Positions 39,585 to 48,836 of a stretch of DNA of 64,000 bases are shown in pieces. A program made the position numbers and the translations under genes. Each line of letters opens with the position of its first letter. The stretch's first letter is position 1. The DNA is from Rubripirellula sp. (lineage in GTDB: Bacteria > Planctomycetota > Planctomycetia > Pirellulales > Pirellulaceae), in NCBI GenBank assembly GCA_965216875.1, contig OZ244207.1, positions 4,256,001 through 4,320,000 of the forward strand. Direction: 5' to 3'. The notes beneath the pieces are model-generated. The model was not told where the DNA came from. It was given only the letters and a program-made list of their open reading frames with translations, and ran no database searches.

Positions 39585-40463
39585 ATGAGTTTTCCAGACG
39601 ATCTCCTTCACTTGGTGCGAACCGACGAGCCTCTTGGACCACTCGTTTGGCTCGGAATCGGCGGGCCAGCCCGCTATTTTGCCGAGCCTGTCGACCGCGA
39701 CGAACTCGTGCGAATCGTCCAAGCGGCCTCCGACGCGGGGCTGACCATCCGCATTCTTGGCGGGGGCAGCAACGTCCTGGTCCGCGAAGCAGGTGTGGAT
39801 GGCGTGGTGATCTCGCTGGCCGCAGCCGCAACGAGCCAATTGTCGATCGAAGGCAACAAAATGACGGTCGGCGCCGGCGCCAAACTCTCCCACGCCGTGA
39901 TCAAAGCGGTCGGCGCTGGTCTCGGCGGGCTCGAGCACCTCGTCGGCATCCCAGGCACGGTCGGTGGCGCGGTGGTAGGTAACGCTTCGAGCGGCGGTCG
40001 TGACATCGGATCGGTCGTCCAATCGCTGACCGTGCTTGAAAAAGATGGCACGATGCGCGAAATGTCGGGCGACGAAGCCGAGTTCTCACACCGCAAATCA
40101 GCCCTCAGTGTCTTCACGCTGCTCGACATCACCTTCTCGCTCGAACAGCGCAGCGCCGACGATCTGACCAAACGTATGCAAAAGCTCTGGATCGGCCGCA
40201 ACGCGTCACGTCCGACCGAAGAACGCCGAATTGCTGTCCCGTTCGTCGACCCGGACGGAATGCCAGCAAAAGAATTGATCCAAAACGTTGGCCTTGCTGG
40301 CATTCGCGAAGGGGACGTCTCGCTCGATCCGAACGAGCCGAACTATCTGATCGCACATGACGGTGCGACGAGCGAGCAATGCTTGCGATTGATCGAGCGG
40401 GTACGTGAACAAGTGCTGCTGCAAACCGGGATCGACTTGCAGCTAAACCTGCAAATCTGGTAA
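39585..40463 (+). CDS. murB: MurB-like FAD-binding protein (divergent active site)
   Basis: IGGPA, LGGGSNVLV, GIPGTVGGAVVGNA; next to an ftsQ-like gene. Confidence 0.8.
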   Translation: MSFPDDLLHLVRTDEPLGPLVWLGIGGPARYFAEPVDRDELVRIVQAASDAGLTIRILGGGSNVLVREAGVDGVVISLAAAATSQLSIEGNKMTVGAGAKLSHAVIKAVGAGLGGLEHLVGIPGTVGGAVVGNASSGGRDIGSVVQSLTVLEKDGTMREMSGDEAEFSHRKSALSVFTLLDITFSLEQRSADDLTKRMQKLWIGRNASRPTEERRIAVPFVDPDGMPAKELIQNVGLAGIREGDVSLDPNEPNYLIAHDGATSEQCLRLIERVREQVLLQTGIDLQLNLQIW

Positions 40464-40580
40464 TCATTCCTCATTGGGATCGAGTTTCCCAACCGTCTAG
40501 TTGTCGCGCAAGCATTACCTGCAGCGCAAATCCATCCAGGCGGACCGTTTAGTGCAATGGATTGCAGAGGGGGGAAGGCG

Positions 40581-41423
40581 ATGGCAATGAAGTCGCCTGA
40601 TAACGAGGGCCCGCGTCCAATTCGGGACCTGTTGCGAAAACTGATCAAAGCCCCGTCCGCACTGGCCGTGATCTGGCCAGCTCTTCTGTTGATCATTGGA
40701 TACACAGCGTGGCACCAATGGGGTGCGGATCACGTTGCCTCAAAGTACTACGGCGTCGATCCATCGATGATCCACGTCACCGAACCGCCCGAGTACGTTC
40801 GAACGGATGTCGCGGAGACGATTTACCACGACACAGGAATGGAAAACCTGTCGCTGCTCGACCCGCGCGCGACGGCCAAGATCGCGTCTGCGTTTTCGAT
40901 GAACGCGTGGGTCAAGAAGGTCGTCAGCGTCCGAAAACTCTCTGGCGGTGTCATCGACGTTCGCCTTCAGTATCGGCGTCCCGTCGCAATGGTCTTGGTT
41001 GCGAAGGCAAGCGAGCCAGGCAACTGGTTTGTCCCCGTCGATGACGAGGGCGTGTTGTTGCCGACCACCGAGTTTGCTCAAGTCGAAACGCTGCACTTCA
41101 TTCACATCACCGTGCCAGGTTTGCTGGTCGACGGACGGCCAGTCGGAACCCCGTTTGGTGACCCGCGTGTCGAAGCGGCAGCAAGACTTGCTGGCGTGCT
41201 GGCAGATCACCGCGACCAAATCGATGTGGTTCGGATCGAAGTCCCAGGCGACCCGCGGGTGAACACGATTCCGCAATTGGAATTGGTCACCAGTGACGAA
41301 CAAACCCGATTCTGGGGCAGCCCACCCGGAATGGAAAAACGGGGAGAAGACACGCCGGAGATCAAACTACAGCGTTTGATCCACTCCACCGCCGCCGACC
41401 TTCGCATGGCCCAGCGCCCGTAG
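40581..41423 (+). CDS. FtsQ/DivIB-like protein
   Basis: N-terminal TM helix, then WVKKVVSVRK...LQYRRPVAMV...VDDEGVLL. Confidence 0.75.
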   Translation: MAMKSPDNEGPRPIRDLLRKLIKAPSALAVIWPALLLIIGYTAWHQWGADHVASKYYGVDPSMIHVTEPPEYVRTDVAETIYHDTGMENLSLLDPRATAKIASAFSMNAWVKKVVSVRKLSGGVIDVRLQYRRPVAMVLVAKASEPGNWFVPVDDEGVLLPTTEFAQVETLHFIHITVPGLLVDGRPVGTPFGDPRVEAAARLAGVLADHRDQIDVVRIEVPGDPRVNTIPQLELVTSDEQTRFWGSPPGMEKRGEDTPEIKLQRLIHSTAADLRMAQRP

Positions 41424-41774
41424 GCCGGATCAAGGAACGACAGCGACACAGATCCGGCTTTGTGCCCTCGGTCGTAGGCCCGCCCTAAGTCGGCGGGCGA
41501 AAAGATTCCGGCTAAAGCCGGTACTACGAACGGCGCCCGTAGGCCAGATCAAGGAGCGACAGCGACGCAGATCCGGCTTTGTGCCCTCGGTCGTAGGCCC
41601 GCCTCAAGGCGGCGGGTGAAAAGATTCCGGCTGAAGCCGGTACTACGAACGGCGTCCGTAGGCCGGATCAAGGAGCGACAGCAACGCAGATCCGGCTTTG
41701 TGACCTCGGTCGTAGGCCCGCCCTAAGTCGGCGGGTGAAAAGATTCCGGCTGATGCCGGTACTACGAACGGCGC
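41414..41774. repeat. Three tandem 119-bp composite REP (BIME-like) units
   Basis: GTAG starts at 41420, 41539, 41658; each unit is a GTAGGCC palindrome plus an inverted REP doublet; an inverted GTAGGGTG unit follows at 41779-41802. Confidence 0.92.
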
Positions 41775-41808
41775 AAAAGGTGCGTGCAAGCACACACCCT
41801 ACTTTGAA

Positions 41809-43854
41809 TCACGACTTTGCGGCTGCGACGACTGCATCGACGTTGATCCCGAAGTGCTCGTAAACTTCGGTGTAAGGTCCGCTGGCACCGTAACCGTTCA
41901 TGCCAACAAACTTGCCGTTGCTGCCGATCCAACGATCCCAGCACATGCGAATGCCTGCTTCGACGGCGACGCGATTGGTCACAGCCGGTGGCAAGACTTC
42001 GTCTCGGTATGCTTGCGATTGCTCGGCGAACAGGTCCATGCAAGGCATGCTGACCACGCGAACTTTCTTGCCTTCTGCCGTCAATTGCTTTGCAGCGTCG
42101 GTGCAAAGACCAAGCTCGCTGCCGCTGCCCATCAAGATCACGTCCGGAGTACCATCGCAATCGGATACGACGTAGCCACCTTTGGCACAACCGCTTGCGG
42201 GGGCATAGACGGTGCGATCGAGCGTTTCCATGTTTTGACGCGAAAGGACGAAGGCCGATGGGTGATCGCTGATTTGCATCGCCGTGCGATAACACTCGGC
42301 AACTTCGTTGGCATCACCAGGACGAAAGACGTTCATACCGGGAATCGCGCGGCATGCGGTCAGGTGTTCGACCGGTTGGTGAGTCGGTCCGTCTTCGCCA
42401 ACGCCAATCGAATCGTGCGTCAGGATGTAAGTCACAGGCTGGTGCATGATGCTCGAAAGCCGCATGCCACCACGCATGTAGTCGGTAAAGACAAAGAAGG
42501 TTGCCGCGTACGATCGAAGACCTGAGAGTGACAAGCCGTTGACGATCCCGGCCATCGCATGTTCGCGAATACCGAAGTGCAAGTTGCGGCCACCGAATTG
42601 TCCGGGCAAGAACTCGCCGGCGCCTTCGAACTTCAAGTCCGATTTGTTACTGGGTGCTAAGTCAGCCGATCCGCCGATCATGAACGGAATGTTTTGAGCG
42701 ATCGCGTTGAGGACTTTGCCGCTGCTGTTTCGCGTCGCGTCACCCTTTTCGCTTGCTTCGAAGACAGGAATGTCTTTGTCCCAACCCTCGGGCAACTTGC
42801 CGTCGAACATCGCTTGCAGTTCGCCCGCTTTGGCTGGGTTGGCCGCTTGGTAAGCTTCCCAAGTCTGCTCCCACGCTGCGTAAGCGTCGGCACCACGGGC
42901 CCCAACCCCTGCGGCGAAGTGCTCGAGCACGCCTTCTGGGATGTGGAACTTTTCGTCTTTGGGGAAACCGTAGGCTTCTTTGGCCAACGCGACTTCGTCC
43001 CAACCAAGGGGTGCACCGTGTGCACCATGAGTGTTTTGCTTGTTGGGTGCTCCCCAACCGATGATGCTCTTGACGATGATGATCGTCGGCTTGTCGGTGC
43101 AAGCTTTGAATGCCTCGATTGCTTTACCGAGAGCTTCCAAGTCGTTCGCATCGTCGACGTGCAGCACGTTCCAGCCTAGACCGGCAAATCGTTCGCCAAC
43201 ATTTTCGCTGAAGGCCAGATCGGTGTCGCCTTCGATCGTGATGCTGTTGTCGTCGTACAACCAGCAAAGGTTGTCGAGTTTCAAGTGTCCGGCAACCGAA
43301 GCGGCTTCGCAAGCAACGCCTTCCATCAAGTCGCCATCGCTGCAGAGTGCGTAGACGTTGTAGTCAAACAGCGTGTGGTCGGCGGTGTTGTAGTTTGCGG
43401 CCAACCATTTTTCGGCCATCGCCATACCAACCGAGTTACTGACGCCAGCGCCGAGCGGTCCGGTCGTGGTTTCGATGCCGGCAGCTTCTGCGAACTCGGG
43501 GTGTCCGGCACAAACGCTACCGATTTGGCGGAAGTTTTTGATGTCTTCGAGCTTGATCGACAACTCGTCGGTCGGATTGCCCGACTCGTCCAGAGCCTTG
43601 ACGCCAGAGAGATGCAAAACGCTGTACAGCAGCATCGAGGCGTGGCCGCAGGAGAGGACGAAGCGGTCGCGACCTGGCCAAGTTGGCTGGGCCGGATCGT
43701 AATTCATCGTGTGGTTGAACAACTGGTAGGCGATCGGGGCAAGCGCCATTGGCGTGCCGGGGTGACCGCTATTGGCTGTTTGCACCGCGTCCATGCTAAG
43801 GGTTCGAATCGTATCGACCGCAACGTTCTGGATATCTGTGGACGCAACGCTCAT
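41809..43854 (-). CDS. tkt: Transketolase
   Basis: SGHPG, RDRFVLSCGH, DGDLMEG, THDSIGVGEDGPTHQP. Confidence 0.98.
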   Translation of the reverse strand: MSVASTDIQNVAVDTIRTLSMDAVQTANSGHPGTPMALAPIAYQLFNHTMNYDPAQPTWPGRDRFVLSCGHASMLLYSVLHLSGVKALDESGNPTDELSIKLEDIKNFRQIGSVCAGHPEFAEAAGIETTTGPLGAGVSNSVGMAMAEKWLAANYNTADHTLFDYNVYALCSDGDLMEGVACEAASVAGHLKLDNLCWLYDDNSITIEGDTDLAFSENVGERFAGLGWNVLHVDDANDLEALGKAIEAFKACTDKPTIIIVKSIIGWGAPNKQNTHGAHGAPLGWDEVALAKEAYGFPKDEKFHIPEGVLEHFAAGVGARGADAYAAWEQTWEAYQAANPAKAGELQAMFDGKLPEGWDKDIPVFEASEKGDATRNSSGKVLNAIAQNIPFMIGGSADLAPSNKSDLKFEGAGEFLPGQFGGRNLHFGIREHAMAGIVNGLSLSGLRSYAATFFVFTDYMRGGMRLSSIMHQPVTYILTHDSIGVGEDGPTHQPVEHLTACRAIPGMNVFRPGDANEVAECYRTAMQISDHPSAFVLSRQNMETLDRTVYAPASGCAKGGYVVSDCDGTPDVILMGSGSELGLCTDAAKQLTAEGKKVRVVSMPCMDLFAEQSQAYRDEVLPPAVTNRVAVEAGIRMCWDRWIGSNGKFVGMNGYGASGPYTEVYEHFGINVDAVVAAAKS

Positions 43855-44042
43855 CAGCTGGCAACCGTTTCTCTAAATGGGGGTGTGTAAAAGTGGGGCA
43901 AGTACCGCCAATCGCCCTCAAAAAGCTGCCGAAAAGCCTACTGTTATCAAGCCCGATTGGGTAGGGCGGGGTCCAACCAAGATCGGTTGCGACGCCATCC
44001 CCCACCCACACCGCAATCAACGGGGCGCGAAGCAACACTCCC

Positions 44043-44101
44043 GTAGGATGCGTGCTTGCACGCATCATTGATGCGGATTTGGTGCATGCAAGCACACGCC
44101 C
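44043..44101. repeat. REP doublet (GTAGGGTG family)
   Basis: gtaggatgcgtgcttgcacgcatc ... ggtgcatgcaagcacacgccc. Confidence 0.75.
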
Positions 44102-44110
44102 GATGACCTT

Positions 44111-44872
44111 TTACCCCTTCAAATCCCAACCCGACATTTTCTCCAACAGCGATCGCTGGGTCAGGTCGAAGTGCAGGGGAGTGAGCGTGACGTTGCCCTT
44201 GCGCAGCTCTGTGACGTCGGCCATCTCGGGGGGCGGTTGATCAGGCTCGCTCCATAGCGCCCAGTAATAGTTCCGCCCGCCAGGATCCTGTCGCTTCTCA
44301 TAAGTTCTCCCATATTGGGCCAGCCCCATGGGAACGATGCGAAGGTCTTTGGGAGCCTGGGTGGCTGCGGTCGGAATGTTCAAATTGAACAATTTCCCGG
44401 CAGCATCATCCTGGGGCACCAGCCCGCTGATCACATTGCGAGCAATCACGGCAGCGGTTTGGTAATCGGCGTCTTCGTCGTATTCCAAGGAAACCGCGAC
44501 GCTCGTGACCCCAAAAAAGGCCCCCTCGATCGCGGCAGCGACCGTTCCGCTGTAAAGGACGTTGATTCCGGCGTTGAGGCCGCTGTTGATGCCGCTGACC
44601 ACCAAATCGACCGGGGTTTCTTTGAGTAGTTCGCCGATCGCCAATTTGACGCAATCTGCTGGCGATCCCTCGACGGCCCAGGCCCAATGCCGGCCTTCGC
44701 GGTGAATCGACTTACAGGTCAAAGGGGTCAAAAAAGTGATCGAGTGGCCAACACCGCTCTGCTCGGTGGCCGGTGCGATCACAAAGACTTCGCCCAAATG
44801 TCGAAGCTGACGCTCCAAAGCAAGCAGTCCGGGAGCAAAAACGCCGTCGTCGTTGGTTAGCAAAATTCGCAC
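44111..44872 (-). CDS. surE: 5'/3'-nucleotidase SurE
   Basis: [39 protein letters not shown] start inferred. Confidence 0.96.
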   Translation of the reverse strand: MRILLTNDDGVFAPGLLALERQLRHLGEVFVIAPATEQSGVGHSITFLTPLTCKSIHREGRHWAWAVEGSPADCVKLAIGELLKETPVDLVVSGINSGLNAGINVLYSGTVAAAIEGAFFGVTSVAVSLEYDEDADYQTAAVIARNVISGLVPQDDAAGKLFNLNIPTAATQAPKDLRIVPMGLAQYGRTYEKRQDPGGRNYYWALWSEPDQPPPEMADVTELRKGNVTLTPLHFDLTQRSLLEKMSGWDLKG

Positions 44873-44980
44873 AGCAGCCGCTTTCTTCAAGGCGAAGGAA
44901 AAATCGGGGGATTACCGGCCCCTTGGGTATCGAACTGCCTTTTTCTACACTTCGTGATTCTTCACGGGAATCCAACACGC

Positions 44981-46567
44981 ATGACTCAGTCAGAAACCGC
45001 CACCGTATCGTCCGCTCCCGACACACTGATGGAGCAACGGATCGTTGTCCTCGACTTCGGTTCGCAATACGCCCAACTGATCGCGCGTCGCGTTCGCGAT
45101 CAAAACGTTTATTGCCAAATCTTGCGGCACGATATCTCCGCAGAACGTTTGGCTGAACTGGCCCCCAAAGGCATCATTCTTTCGGGCGGCCCTTCAAGCG
45201 TTTACGAAGAGAACGCACCGAAGTGCGATCCCGGCATCTTTGAGCTCGGTATTCCCGTGCTTGGAATTTGCTACGGGATGCAAATCGCTTGCCAAGTTCT
45301 CGGCGGCAAAGTCGACAACACGCCGACTCAAGAATACGGCCCCGCCAAGTTCCGCATCGAATGCCCAAACGAATTGTTTGCGGGACTGCCAGACGAGATG
45401 GATGTCTGGATGAGTCACGGCGATCAAGTTTCGTCGATTCCAGAAGACTTTGAAATGTTGGCCAAGACCAGCACCTGTCCCTACGCTGCGATTCGCCATC
45501 GCAACAAACCGGTCTTTGGCATTCAGTTTCATCCCGAAGTCACACACACACCTCAGGGCGGAAAGCTGCTCGAAAACTTTGTGGTTGGCGTGTGCGGCTG
45601 CGAAGCAACTTGGAAGCTCGGCGACTTTGCCGAAAGAGCGATCGAATCGATTCGCAAACAAGTGGGCGATCGCCGCGTGATCTGTGGGCTTAGCGGAGGA
45701 GTCGACTCTTCCGTTGTCGCCGCCATCCTTTACAAAGCAATCGGCCCCCAGCTTTCTTGCATTTTGGTCGACAACGGTTTGCTTCGCAAAAACGAACAAG
45801 AGCTTGTGATCAGTGAATTCACCGATCACTTCAAGACCGACCTCCATGTTGTGAACGCTCAACAAGCGTTCCTTGAAGACTTGGCAGGCATTTCCGAACC
45901 GCAAGAGAAGCGTCGCCGCATTGGCCACCGATTCATTGAGTGCTTCAAAGAAGAAGCAGCCAAGATCACCGACGCACATTTCCTCGCGCAAGGGACGCTT
46001 TATCCCGACGTGATCGAAAGTGGTGCCGATCCAGACGGACCGGCTGCGACGATTAAGTTGCACCACAACGTCGGTGGGCTGCCCGAAGAACTTGGCTTTG
46101 AATTGATCGAACCCCTTCGCGATCTCTTCAAAGACGAAGTGCGACGTCTCGGTTTGGAACTTGGTTTGCCAGAATCATTGGTTTGGCGACACCCGTTCCC
46201 GGGCCCCGGACTTGCCGTTCGCTGCTTGGGCGAAGTGACCGAAGACAAGCTTGCCGTCCTTCGCGAAGCCGACGCGATTGTTGTTGGTGAAATCGAAGCG
46301 GCCGGTCTCTACCGCGAAACAAGCCAATCGTTTGCCGTTCTCCTTCCAGTCCAAAGTGTCGGCGTGATGGGCGATGCTCGGACCTACGACAACGCGGTCG
46401 CGATTCGAAGCGTCGACACCAACGACTTCATGACTGCCGACTGGAGCCGGTTGCCTTACGACCTGCTGGCCAAAATCAGCTCGCGCATCATCAACGAAGT
46501 CAAAGGGGTGAACCGGGTTTGTTACGACATCAGCAGCAAACCTCCTGCAACTATCGAGTGGGAATAG
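44981..46567 (+). CDS. guaA: GMP synthase (glutamine-hydrolysing)
   Basis: [37 protein letters not shown]. Confidence 0.98.
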   Translation: MTQSETATVSSAPDTLMEQRIVVLDFGSQYAQLIARRVRDQNVYCQILRHDISAERLAELAPKGIILSGGPSSVYEENAPKCDPGIFELGIPVLGICYGMQIACQVLGGKVDNTPTQEYGPAKFRIECPNELFAGLPDEMDVWMSHGDQVSSIPEDFEMLAKTSTCPYAAIRHRNKPVFGIQFHPEVTHTPQGGKLLENFVVGVCGCEATWKLGDFAERAIESIRKQVGDRRVICGLSGGVDSSVVAAILYKAIGPQLSCILVDNGLLRKNEQELVISEFTDHFKTDLHVVNAQQAFLEDLAGISEPQEKRRRIGHRFIECFKEEAAKITDAHFLAQGTLYPDVIESGADPDGPAATIKLHHNVGGLPEELGFELIEPLRDLFKDEVRRLGLELGLPESLVWRHPFPGPGLAVRCLGEVTEDKLAVLREADAIVVGEIEAAGLYRETSQSFAVLLPVQSVGVMGDARTYDNAVAIRSVDTNDFMTADWSRLPYDLLAKISSRIINEVKGVNRVCYDISSKPPATIEWE

Positions 46568-46690
46568 TGCTTGCCACGCCCACAGAGAATTCTTGGTGTT
46601 TCCTGCGGGCGTCGAACGCAACCGGGACACGACTCGCGACCAATTCCACCTTCGCAAAACCACCTACATCGCTAACCAAACGCATCGGGC

Positions 46691-48367
46691 ATGTCACGCC
46701 AATACATTTATCAAGTCGAAGACCTGACCAAAAAACACGGCCAAAAGACGGTGCTGGATGACATTTGGTTGGCGTTCTACCCCGGTGCAAAAATCGGAGT
46801 GCTCGGCCCCAACGGCGCGGGTAAGTCGACGTTGCTGCGGATCATGGCTGGCCAAGACACCGAATTCGAGGGCACCGCGCGACTGACCAATGGGTTCACC
46901 GTCGGATACCTCGAACAAGAACCACCGCTGAACGAATCGAAAACCGTTTTCGAAAACGTTCAAGAAGCCGTCGCCGAGCGTCAAGCGATCCTCGATCGCT
47001 ACAACGAAATCTCGGGCCTCCTTGGTGAGGTGACCGACGATGACGAAATGCAAAAGCTTTGCGACGAGATGGCAAAGCTGCAGGACATCATCGACGCAGG
47101 CAACCTTTGGGAACTCGATCGCCAAGTCGAGATGTCGATGGCAGTGATGAACCTGCCACCGGGCGATGCCGCCGTGACCAACCTTTCCGGCGGTGAGCGA
47201 CGTCGTGTTGCGTTGTGCCAACTGATGATTCGCCAGCCCGACCTACTGTTGCTTGACGAACCGACCAACCACTTGGATGCCGAAAGCGTCTCGTGGCTCG
47301 AGCAACATTTGGCCAAGTATCCAGGAACGGTCGTCGCCGTGACGCACGACCGTTACTTCCTCGACAATGTCGCCCAGTGGATTCTCGAAATCGATCGCGG
47401 CAAAGGCATTCCGTTCGAAGGCAACTACACCGCCTGGCTCGAAAATCGCCAAAAACGTTTGGCCGTCGAACAACGCCAACAAAAAGCTCGTGAACGCACC
47501 CTTTCTCGTGAGCTTGAATGGATTCGTATGAGCCCCAAGGCGCGGCAAGCCAAGAGCAAGGCGCGTATCAAAGCCTACGAAGAAATGTCGTCACAGACCT
47601 TCGAGGATCGGCCAGACGAGTTGGAGATCCAAATCCCGTCGGGTCGCCATCTCGGAGAACTGGTCATCGAAGGCACCAATATCCACAAAGCCTTTGGCGA
47701 CAAGGTTCTGATCGATGACCTCTCGTTCCGCCTACCTGCGGGTGGAATTGTTGGTGTGATCGGCCCCAATGGCGCTGGCAAGACGACGTTGTTCCGAATG
47801 CTGACCGGCCAGGACCAACCCGACAAAGGCACGTTCCGCGTCGGTGACACCGTCGATTTGGGATACGTCGATCAAAGCCGCGACTCACTTGATGCCAACA
47901 AGACCGTCTTTGAAGAAATCAGTGGCGGCACCGAAACGATCGTGATGGGTGGCCGCAACATTGCCGCTCGTGCCTATGTCGCGCGTTTCAACTTCAAGGG
48001 CCCCGACCAAGAAAAGAAAGTCGGTAACCTCTCGGGCGGTGAACGCAATCGCGTCCACTTGGCAAAACTGCTACGACAAGGTTGCAATGTCTTGCTGCTT
48101 GACGAACCGACCAATGACTTGGACGTCGACACCCTTCGAGCACTCGAAGAAGCGATCGCCAACTTTGCTGGTTGCGTCGTCGTGACCAGTCACGACCGCT
48201 GGTTCCTTGATCGCTTGGCAACGCACATCCTGGCGTTTGAAGGTGACGGAAAATTGACATGGTGCGAAGGCAACTTCGACACGTATGAACGCAACTACCG
48301 CGAACGGATGGGCGAAGACCCCGACGAAGACCGACAAGCTCGCTACAAGAGCATCCACGCAGGCTAA
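46691..48367 (+). CDS. ettA: Energy-dependent translational throttle protein EttA (ABC-F)
   Basis: FYPGAKIG, two ABC cassettes, [20 protein letters not shown] linker. Confidence 0.95.
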   Translation: MSRQYIYQVEDLTKKHGQKTVLDDIWLAFYPGAKIGVLGPNGAGKSTLLRIMAGQDTEFEGTARLTNGFTVGYLEQEPPLNESKTVFENVQEAVAERQAILDRYNEISGLLGEVTDDDEMQKLCDEMAKLQDIIDAGNLWELDRQVEMSMAVMNLPPGDAAVTNLSGGERRRVALCQLMIRQPDLLLLDEPTNHLDAESVSWLEQHLAKYPGTVVAVTHDRYFLDNVAQWILEIDRGKGIPFEGNYTAWLENRQKRLAVEQRQQKARERTLSRELEWIRMSPKARQAKSKARIKAYEEMSSQTFEDRPDELEIQIPSGRHLGELVIEGTNIHKAFGDKVLIDDLSFRLPAGGIVGVIGPNGAGKTTLFRMLTGQDQPDKGTFRVGDTVDLGYVDQSRDSLDANKTVFEEISGGTETIVMGGRNIAARAYVARFNFKGPDQEKKVGNLSGGERNRVHLAKLLRQGCNVLLLDEPTNDLDVDTLRALEEAIANFAGCVVVTSHDRWFLDRLATHILAFEGDGKLTWCEGNFDTYERNYRERMGEDPDEDRQARYKSIHAG

Positions 48368-48449
48368 TTCAAATCACCCCGCGACAGCCTGCCCCCGGCT
48401 TGTTGTCGCACACGGATCAACCACAACACACATCAAAGGAACGTAGAAG

Positions 48450-48710
48450 ATGACGATTCTTAGAGTTGGCACAAACCAGAAGTACTCCGACGGCTGGAGT
48501 GCAGCATTTGGTGGCGGAAGCAAGTCCGCATCGGCCGGAAAGAAAAAAGCAACCAAAAAGAAGACTGCGAAGAAGAAAGCTGCCAAGAAAAAAGCAGTAA
48601 GCAAGAAAGCCACCAAAAAGAAGGCCGCCAAGAAAGCGGCCCCCAAAAAGAAGTCGGCCACGAAAAAGGTGACCAAAAAGAAGGCTGCAAAGAAGAAGGG
48701 CAAGAAATAG
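48450..48710 (+). CDS. Small Lys/Ala-rich histone-H1-like protein
   Basis: MTILRVGTNQKYSDGWSAAFG followed by repeated KKKA(T/A)KK; RBS aagga. Confidence 0.8.
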   Translation: MTILRVGTNQKYSDGWSAAFGGGSKSASAGKKKATKKKTAKKKAAKKKAVSKKATKKKAAKKAAPKKKSATKKVTKKKAAKKKGKK

Positions 48711-48836
48711 CCCAACGCAACGCGATCGCATGTAGTGGTCACGCTCGTTTGCGTGACCGCTTTGCGAGTGAGTGAACGTCTCGATAGCTATCGATCGCGT
48801 TTAAAGATCAAAGCCCCACGCCCCGGCCCGCCTCGT

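Noticed and set aside
41414..41774. Possible CRISPR array or IS remnant
   Set aside because: The whole 119-bp unit repeats, with no variable spacers, transposase or target duplication.
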